Shown piece after piece: positions 35,235-41,521 of a DNA stretch of 41,521 nt. Source of the DNA: Acidimicrobiales bacterium. GTDB taxonomy: Bacteria; Actinomycetota; Acidimicrobiia; Acidimicrobiales; GCA-2861595. The notes under the pieces were generated by a model that was not told the DNA's origin, searched no databases, and saw only the letters and a program-made list of their open reading frames with translations. Each line of letters opens with the position of its first letter. The first letter of the stretch is position 1. Where the stretch lies: contig DATLFQ010000075.1 in assembly GCA_035540915.1 (NCBI GenBank), positions 1 to 41,521 of the forward strand, given 5' to 3'. The position numbers and the translations under genes are program-made.

Positions 35235-38226
35235 GTGGGCCGGCTGGTTGGAGGGCGCTATGAGATCCTCGACGTGGTGGGCCGGGGAGGTGAGGGCGAA
35301 GTTCTGCGCGCGACGGATCGGTTGGGCGACCGTCAGGTGGCTCTGAAGGTCCGATACGGCGTCCGGAGCAAGTACGAGAGGGAGGAGGCCGTGCGGGCGA
35401 CCTGCCTCCTTCGCTCGGTTCGCCCCCAGTGCGGTGTCGCCGCCGTCCTCGAGGACTTCTTCGATGTCGACACCTACTACCTCGTCATGGAGTGGGTCGA
35501 GGGCAGGAGCCTTGCCAGGCTGCTCGACACGCAACCCGATGGCCTTGACGTTGAGGTCGCGGTGAAGTACCTCGGGCAGGCGGCGGATGCGCTCGACCAT
35601 CTCCATTCCCATGAGCCGGCCGTGCTCCACCTGGACGTCAAGCCCTCCAACTTCGTCGCGACGCGCGACGGACGGCTCGTTCTCGTCGACTTCGGAACCG
35701 CCCACCGGTTGAACGCAGCGCACCGGCCACGCCGGGCCACGCCGGGATACACCGCGCCAGAGTTGGCATCGGGAGCTGCGCCGACACGTGCGGCCGACAT
35801 CTTCTCGCTAGCGGCGACCGCCCACACCTTGTTGACGGGGAAGCCGCCGCGTCCGGGTGCGACCGACGAGTGGCCGGCCATGCCGACGGCACGAGCCCGC
35901 GCGATGCGAGAGGCACTCGCTGTGGCGCTCGCATCGGATCCCGAACGCCGTCCCCAAAGTGCGCGCGCCCTCGCGATGCTCGACGCCCCGCCGTCCCCGA
36001 CCAACATCGTCCCTCCTGCCACATGCATGGTCGGCCGGGAACGGGAGCTGCTCGATGTCAAGGCGCGCCTGCGGGCCGGGCGGCTGGTGACACTCGCAGG
36101 ACCAGGGGGCTGTGGAAAGACCCGGCTGGCGATCGAGGTGGCACGCGACACGCAGTGGCGGTACCCGGACGGAACCTGGGTCGTCGACCTCGCCGCCCTC
36201 TCCGACGAGAGCCTTGTCCCGCAGGCGGCCGCCGCGGCTCTGGGATTGTCGGAGCGGCCTGGGACCAGCCTGCTCCGATCGCTGGCGGAGCGGCTGAGGG
36301 ACCGCCAGATGCTCGTCATCGTCGACAACTGCGAGCATCTCGTCGAAGCGGCAGCGAGGCTCGCAGGCGCTCTTCTCCGATCCACGGGTGAAGTTCGCAT
36401 ACTGGCCACAAGCCGTGAGCCGCTCGAGGTGCCCGGGGAATCGATATGTCGTATCGGGTCGCTCGGCGTTCCGGAGCCGGGCGCTTCGCATTCGGAGGTG
36501 CTTGCCTCGGACTCTGTCCGTCTGCTGCATTCGCGTGTCGACGATACGGGGGAACGGCAACTTCTGGACGAGGAGAGCGCACCGCTGCTGGTGTCGATAT
36601 GCCGCCAGCTCGACGGCATCCCGCTCGCTCTCGAGATGGCCGCCGCGCGTCTCGGCGAGACCTCGCTCAGAACGCTGAACGGACCTTGGTGCGCACATCA
36701 GGGGCCTGGGCGGTGGCGACGATGCCCTCCCACGCCACCGATCCTTGGCGGCCACCCTGCGATCGAGCTACATGGCGCTGTCCGCGCCGGAGCGGGCGGT
36801 GTTTCGGAAGCTGGGCGTGTTCGCAGGGGGATTCTCGGGCACCGCGGCGCAGGCCGTGTGTTCGGGCGCAACCGGTCCGACTGACGTCCTGGTCCACCTT
36901 GGTCGCCTGGTTGACAAGTCTCTGGTCGTCGTCGCGTACAGCCGCGGTCGAGAAAGTCGTTACCGACTCCTCGAGCCCGTCCGCCAGCTCGCGCTGGAGC
37001 AGCTGGAACACGACGATGAACCGCGGGCAGTGCGCGATCGTCACCTGCACTGGTTCCTGGCTGCGGCGCGCGAGGCCGAGAAGAGTTTGGAATCCGACAG
37101 CCGCCTCCTCGACGGGCTGGAGGAGGACCAGGGCAACCTCCGCCAGGCGTTGGGCTGGGCGCTCGCCAGTGGCAACGCGCTGGCAGCCCTCGAGATGGCC
37201 GTTGCACTTCCGAAGTTCTGGCGGGTGCGAGGCTCACTCGAGGAAGGGTGCAACTGGATCGAGCGGGCACTCGAAAAGGGATGCGCCGTTGATCAGCACC
37301 TTCGGCTGCGGGCGCTTCACTGGCTCCGCGCCCTGCGCTTCTACCAGGGGGACTTCGCCGAGGCCAAGCGTCTCGCCGAAGAGTGCCTTGCGCTCGCCAC
37401 GAGCATGAAGGACAAATCGGGGGTCGCCGAGGCGCTGGCGGCCGTGGGGAACCTGGCAAGCCGCCAGGGCGATTTCGAACAAGGGCGTGCCTACCTGGAG
37501 AAGAGCGTCGCAGCGTGGACCGAAGCGGGCAGCGACGGAGCGGTGAAGTCGCTGGTGGACTCTTTGATGCTCCTGGGCTGGCTGTGGCTGGATCAGGGGA
37601 ACCTCGTCAGGGCGAGACCACTGCTGGAACAGGCCCTGGCCCGGGCGGACGGCGCGGACAGGGCGATGCGCGTCTTCGTTCGCTGCCTGCTCGCGGACCT
37701 CGAGCGGGCCGAGGGGAACCTCGCCCCTGCCCGGATGCTGCTGGACGAGAGCCTGCTGATCGCTCAGGACCTCGGGTTCACCCGGTACACCGCGTACCTC
37801 CTCACGTGCATGGGGAGGCTTGCGCGTAGCGAAGGTCATGGCACGGAGGCCTTTCTGATCCAGGCGGACGCCCTGACGATGCACCAGCAGGTCGGCAACA
37901 AGCATGGAAGCGCATGGGCGCTGGAAGAGCTCGGGAAGGCGGCCGCAGATGCTGGGGACTTCGAGACGACGGCGTTGCTGTTCGGGGCGGCCGAGGCGTT
38001 GAGGGACGCCATCGGATTTCCGCTGCCCCCGGCGGAGCGCGTCGACCTCGCTGTGTCGACGTCGATGGCGGCCAGTGCGCTCGGACGTGAGGCGATGGCG
38101 ATGGCGTGGGAACGTGGCCGGACGGCGCCTCTCGGCGATTCCGTTCGGTTCGCCGCCATGGCCTGCGACAGCTACTCACCCGGTGCGGGCCCCATCCCGA
38201 GCGCGAGCGTCGACCCCCATGAGTGA
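35235..38226 (+). pseudogene. PknK/AfsR-like Ser/Thr kinase - NB-ARC/AAA+ (STAND) - wHTH - TPR protein, reading frame interrupted near 36.68 kb
   Basis: Kinase motifs are GRGGEG, VALK, HLDVKPSN, DFG and TPGYTAPE. Walker A is GPGGCGKT and Walker B is LVIVDNCEH. LDGIPLALEMAAARL lies in the frame of ORF 34998..36884 (start GTG-35235). The family-typical continuation LPRHRSLAATLRSSYMALSAPERAVFRKLGVFAGGF plus the TPRs lies in the +1 frame (ORF 36745..38226). AAGGA lies 8 nt upstream of GTG-35235. This may be a true frameshift, a split gene, or a sequence error. Confidence 0.65.
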
Positions 38227-38423
38227 CCGAGGTGGCCGTGACTTCTCGATCTGGCCGCCTGCCGGCCATGGCCGGTGCTCGTCCCTGACCATGGCCGAGG
38301 CCGGAAAAACTTCTTCGCCTCTGCGTGTGCAGCGGCTCTTCCGGCAGGGAGATTGGTGAAGAACCACCGTGGGCAGGATCCAGCGAACCCCACTCCGAAG
38401 GGCCCAGATCGAAAGGCTGACGA

Positions 38424-38870
38424 ATGTCTGTTGATCAAAAAGTAGCCCTCGATTTAATCGAGACACTCGAAGACGGCCGAGAGGGGTTCAGCAAAGGGGC
38501 CGAGAAGCTGGACGAGTCCGGAGCGCCGGAGCTCGCCTCGTCCTTCCGGCAGTTCAGTCAGCAACGGGCGAGGTTCTCCGCCGACCTACGAGCGCTGGCG
38601 GCCAAATACGGTGACGTGGCTGACGAGGGTGGATCAGTGGCGGGGAAGCTCCACCGTGGGTGGCTGACTGTGAAGGATGCGCTGACGGGCTCGAGCCCCA
38701 AGGGCGTCCTGGACGCCGCTGAGCAGGGCGAGGACCATGCAGTGAAGGAGTACCAGAAGGCGCTTGGTGCGGACATCTCCCCCGAGTTGCGTGAACTGCT
38801 GGAGCGCCAGAGCGCCGAGGTGACAGTCGCCCACGATCAGGTCCGATCGATGCGCGAGAGCTACAGCTGA
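38424..38870 (+). CDS. PA2169 family four-helix-bundle (ferritin-like, DUF2383) protein
   Basis: Contains LIETLEDGREGFSKGAEKL ... AEQGEDHAVKEYQKAL, typical of the family. SD AAAGG lies upstream of the ATG, and the 5' codons are visibly AT-rich. Confidence 0.8.
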   Translation: MSVDQKVALDLIETLEDGREGFSKGAEKLDESGAPELASSFRQFSQQRARFSADLRALAAKYGDVADEGGSVAGKLHRGWLTVKDALTGSSPKGVLDAAEQGEDHAVKEYQKALGADISPELRELLERQSAEVTVAHDQVRSMRESYS

Positions 38871-38933
38871 CAGGCGCCGAGCTGGCTGCTCTGGGCGTCT
38901 AGGAACCGCCGCCGGCGGGCAGGAACCGCGGCC

Positions 38934-39152
38934 ATGAGCCACATCATCGGCCGGCCCGACGACGATCTCCTCGACGTCATGCTGGGCGATGGCGCCGACC
39001 CGGAGCAGGCGTTCATCACCGGCTCGGAACAGAGCCCGGGGGAGGGCGACGGCTCCGTGCGCGGGTCGCCCTCCCCAGAAGCTGGCGGCAGCCGTTCCAG
39101 CGCCATGCGCACGGCGAGAGGCAGACGCCCGTCACCTCACCCGCCGGGGTAG
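38934..39152 (+). CDS. possible 72-aa ORF, unknown function (weak call)
   Basis: ATG with AGGAA 10 nt upstream. The first ~45 codons have high GC3. The N-terminal half is acidic and the tail is Ser/Pro/Gly/Arg-rich. No recognisable family. Confidence 0.25.
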   Translation: MSHIIGRPDDDLLDVMLGDGADPEQAFITGSEQSPGEGDGSVRGSPSPEAGGSRSSAMRTARGRRPSPHPPG

Positions 39153-39200
39153 GGAGGTCGAACTCCTGGCCAGGATTCGGCTCCAGCCCACACGTGGGGC

Positions 39201-40385
39201 TCACAGCGCGACGAAGCCGAGCTCCGGGGCGAGGCCGAGGCGCACCTGTGCGAACGTCTCGAACCGGCTTTCGGAGACGAAGCCTTGCTGCTTGAGCACG
39301 GCGATGTCGCGGAGGTGCCGCTCGAGCCGGGTGCCTCGGTGGATGGCGCTCGTGCCGGCCACCGAGAACGCCGCATCGACCGTGGCGGCGCTGGCGTGGA
39401 TGGCCTGGACGGAGGCGAGCAGCAGCTCGGCCTTGTCCTCCAGCGTGAGGTCGTCGCCGTCGACGGTTCGTCGCCAACCCTCGGCGATTTTGTCGTGCAG
39501 GTAGGCCCGGGCCGATCGCAGTGCGCCTTCGGCCCGACCGAGCTTCGCCTGCACCGCCCCTCGCTCGCGGAGGGCCGTGGCCGAGGAGAACGGCGTCTTT
39601 CTCCCGGCCAGCGCCACGACTTCGTCGAGGGCATCCCGGGCGATGCCGAGGGCGACCCCAGGGACGTACGACGCAACCAGGAGCATGGCCGCGCCGCGGT
39701 AGAGCGGGCCGCCGTATCGCGGGCCGGGAGTGTGGTCGATGCCGATGCGGAACGTCCGTCGCGCCGGGACGAACACGTCGTGGAGCTCGACGTCGTTGGA
39801 GTCCGTGCCTCGCATGCCGACCGTGTCCCAGCAGCGGGCAACGGAGACCTCCGCAGCCGGTAGGAACGCGGCGCGGGTCACAGGTGCGCCGTCGACGATC
39901 TCGTCCGGGCACACGGCGGTGACCCACACCCAGCTGGCGTCGGACACGTTGGACGCGAAGCCGCGACGACCGGACAGCCGGAATCCTCCGTCCTCCCGCG
40001 TCGCGTCCATGGGCACCGGGAACGAAACGGCGAGGAGCTGGTCGGGGCCGTCCCGGTAGATCTCTTCCACCGTTTCGTCGACGAGGCGGGAGCACCACCA
40101 GGCGCTCGACCCTGCGGCCTGCAGCGCCCAAGCCGCCGCCGCGTCGTGGCGGGCGAGCTCCTCCTGGGCCCGCGCATACGTCAGGGGGTCCAGTTCGGTG
40201 CCGCCGAGGGACCGGGGCACGTAGAGGCGGAAGAAGCCGCCGTCTCGGAGCGCTTTGACGGACGGCGCCGGCAGGCGGGCGTCTCGATCGCCCTGTGGCG
40301 CGTGCTCTCGCAGGAGCGCGCCCAGCGTGCCCGCCGCGGCAACCGCGTCTACCAGCGCTGGCGCCGCCGAGGTGGTCGTGGTCAC
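39201..40385 (-). CDS. acyl-CoA dehydrogenase-fold flavin-dependent monooxygenase (HsaA / C2-type oxygenase-like)
   Basis: 394 aa. The ACAD-family layout includes GFFRLYVPRSLGG, WDTVGMRGTDSNDV and a C-terminal four-helix region ending RLERHLRDIAVLKQQG. The GTG overlaps the upstream stop (GTGA). Confidence 0.75.
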   Translation of the reverse strand: MTTTTSAAPALVDAVAAAGTLGALLREHAPQGDRDARLPAPSVKALRDGGFFRLYVPRSLGGTELDPLTYARAQEELARHDAAAAWALQAAGSSAWWCSRLVDETVEEIYRDGPDQLLAVSFPVPMDATREDGGFRLSGRRGFASNVSDASWVWVTAVCPDEIVDGAPVTRAAFLPAAEVSVARCWDTVGMRGTDSNDVELHDVFVPARRTFRIGIDHTPGPRYGGPLYRGAAMLLVASYVPGVALGIARDALDEVVALAGRKTPFSSATALRERGAVQAKLGRAEGALRSARAYLHDKIAEGWRRTVDGDDLTLEDKAELLLASVQAIHASAATVDAAFSVAGTSAIHRGTRLERHLRDIAVLKQQGFVSESRFETFAQVRLGLAPELGFVAL

Positions 40386-40828
40386 GCCGGCCTCCCTTCG
40401 ACCATGGGGGCATGATCAGCGATGTGGCGGACGGTGTCCGGTCCCCATTCGCCGCAGCAGGTGTAGCGGTGCTCGGTGATGCGACCGCCGTCCAGGCGGA
40501 ACAGGTTGGACAGCCGACACACCACCGGTGGGTGCTCGCCCGGCCGGATCGATGTGCCGTGCATCTCGACGAGAAGCATCACGGCGTCCCCCGCCAGCAC
40601 CGTATGGCGCTCGACGACGGTCCAGCGATACTTGCCGCTCCACTCCTCACGGTATTCCTGCACGACGCGGCCCGCGCCCCGGTACTGGTAGCGCCATCCG
40701 GGCACTGATGCGTCGTAGAGGACGTCGCCGTCGAGGTGGTTCTCCATAGCCTCCCAGTCGCCGGTGCCGATCCGGTCGAGGAACTCGGACACCGCCGTTG
40801 GTAGGACGTCCTCCCGGGTCATCGTCAT
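40382..40828 (-). CDS. SnoaL-like / NTF2-fold protein
   Basis: 148 aa with a strong SD (GAGGAGG) upstream of ATG-40828. The size and residue pattern resemble SnoaL-like cyclase/NTF2 domains. Confidence 0.6.
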   Translation of the reverse strand: MTMTREDVLPTAVSEFLDRIGTGDWEAMENHLDGDVLYDASVPGWRYQYRGAGRVVQEYREEWSGKYRWTVVERHTVLAGDAVMLLVEMHGTSIRPGEHPPVVCRLSNLFRLDGGRITEHRYTCCGEWGPDTVRHIADHAPMVEGRPA

Positions 40829-40856
40829 GGTGGCCTCCTCTCGCCGATGCGTTCAG

Positions 40857-40882
40857 CGCCACACCGCTCGTGGCGACGCCAC
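40857..40882. promoter_or_regulatory. inverted-repeat cluster in a divergent promoter (candidate operator)
   Basis: CGCCAC (40857-62), GTGGCG (40870-75) and CGCCAC (40877-82). Positions 40870-40882 form the perfect 13-bp palindrome GTGGCGACGCCAC. Confidence 0.3.
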
Positions 40883-40921
40883 AGCGGGCTTGGCGATCGG
40901 CGGCGGAGCACACTGGAGCGC

Positions 40922-41521
40922 ATGACCAGGGCGGCGGACGCGGCCGTGCCGGCGTCGTTCGTGGGGCGCGCTCGCGAGCTGGACACCGCCGAGACCGCGC
41001 TGCGCGCCGCCGTCCGCGGGGAAGGGGCGGGTCTACTCGTGATCGGCGAGGCCGGTGTGGGCAAGACCCGCCTGGTCACCGAGTTGGCTTCCGTGGCCAC
41101 CCAGCACGGCGTGCGGGTCCTGTGGTCCGCGGTATCCGAGCCCGCCGTCGCCCGATCGCACGGCCACTGGGCACAGGTTCTCCGTATCCTCGCCGCGTCG
41201 TCCGAGCGGCACGCGCTGGTCGAGGAACTCGGCGGCGACGCTGCCGAGCTCGCCCGCCTCGTTCCCAACCTTCGATCCGGCCTCCAGCTCGCGGCGCCGG
41301 CTGAGCCGGAGGGCGACGATCCACGGTTTCGCATGTACGACGCGGTGGCGTCGTTCGTTCGCAGGGCGGCGGCGCGGGCGCCCGTCGTCCTCGTCCTCGA
41401 GGATCTCCACGCCGCAGACCTGGGGACCCTGCGGCTGCTGCGATTTCTGCTCGGCGAGACCCGCCACGACCCCATCGCCTTGGTTGCTACCGCGCGGGAC
41501 CCGGACACCGAGGTACTGCCC
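40922..41521 (+). CDS. large ATP-binding (AAA/STAND, LAL-type) regulator, N-terminal part only (runs off the window)
   Basis: ATG with GGAG upstream, FVGRARELD, Walker A GEAGVGKT and Walker B VVLVLEDLH. The frame is open to the window end and is absent from the ORF track because it has no stop codon. Confidence 0.75.
   Translation, partial: MTRAADAAVPASFVGRARELDTAETALRAAVRGEGAGLLVIGEAGVGKTRLVTELASVATQHGVRVLWSAVSEPAVARSHGHWAQVLRILAASSERHALVEELGGDAAELARLVPNLRSGLQLAAPAEPEGDDPRFRMYDAVASFVRRAAARAPVVLVLEDLHAADLGTLRLLRFLLGETRHDPIALVATARDPDTEVLP

Noticed and set aside
38989-39504. 171-aa plus-strand ORF and 83-aa minus-strand ORF (38861..39112) in or near the PA2169/monooxygenase gap
   Set aside because: The first is mostly antisense to the ACAD-fold gene. 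Both give Arg/Ser/Pro-rich translations without start-site support.
31720-41521. Searched for an integrase, transposase, IS ends, a direct repeat of the tRNA 3' end, and CRISPR repeats
   Set aside because: None could be found by eye, so the region is reported as compositionally accessory and is not annotated as a mobile element.

Overview
Very GC-rich, gene-dense, actinobacterial-type chromosome segment. It opens in the last ~27 nt of a 5S rRNA followed by a UUCG-tetraloop terminator. About 31.6 kb of housekeeping core follows. Its gene order parallels the mycobacterial Rv1691-Rv1713 neighbourhood as I recall it: TPR protein, HAD phosphatase, tlyA, nadK, recN, steA, steB/mctB-like, pyrG, NUDIX, then scpA, scpB, rluB, cmk, der. 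Blocks absent from that recalled order are a GT2-fusion + GT4 glycosyltransferase pair, ald/dksA-like/M50/trpS, aroH-tyrA-aroA, and plsC/ispH/DUF512. Most core genes are joined by ATGA/GTGA/TGATG stop-start overlaps. Many operon heads show a TANNNT box 6-7 nt upstream of the start codon and no Shine-Dalgarno, which suggests leaderless mRNAs. A tRNA-Pro(GGG) at 31645-31719 marks a switch to a ~9.8 kb accessory-looking segment that by eye has lower GC3, rare codons and mostly SD-led genes. It encodes an alpha/beta hydrolase, an SRPBCC protein, an orphan secreted protein, an FHA-LuxR regulator next to a frame-interrupted PknK-like kinase-STAND-TPR gene, a PA2169-family protein, a SnoaL + ACAD-fold monooxygenase operon, and a partial LAL-type ATPase regulator. 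I found no CRISPR array, IS element, integrase or att repeat. The best candidates for something new are (i) the FHA-HTH / kinase-STAND-TPR module and its frameshift, and (ii) the 984-aa GT2-AlkP-like-polytopic membrane fusion plus a short GT4 enzyme, chained to recN-steA-steB. All family calls come from motif reading by eye; no HMM or BLAST search was run.
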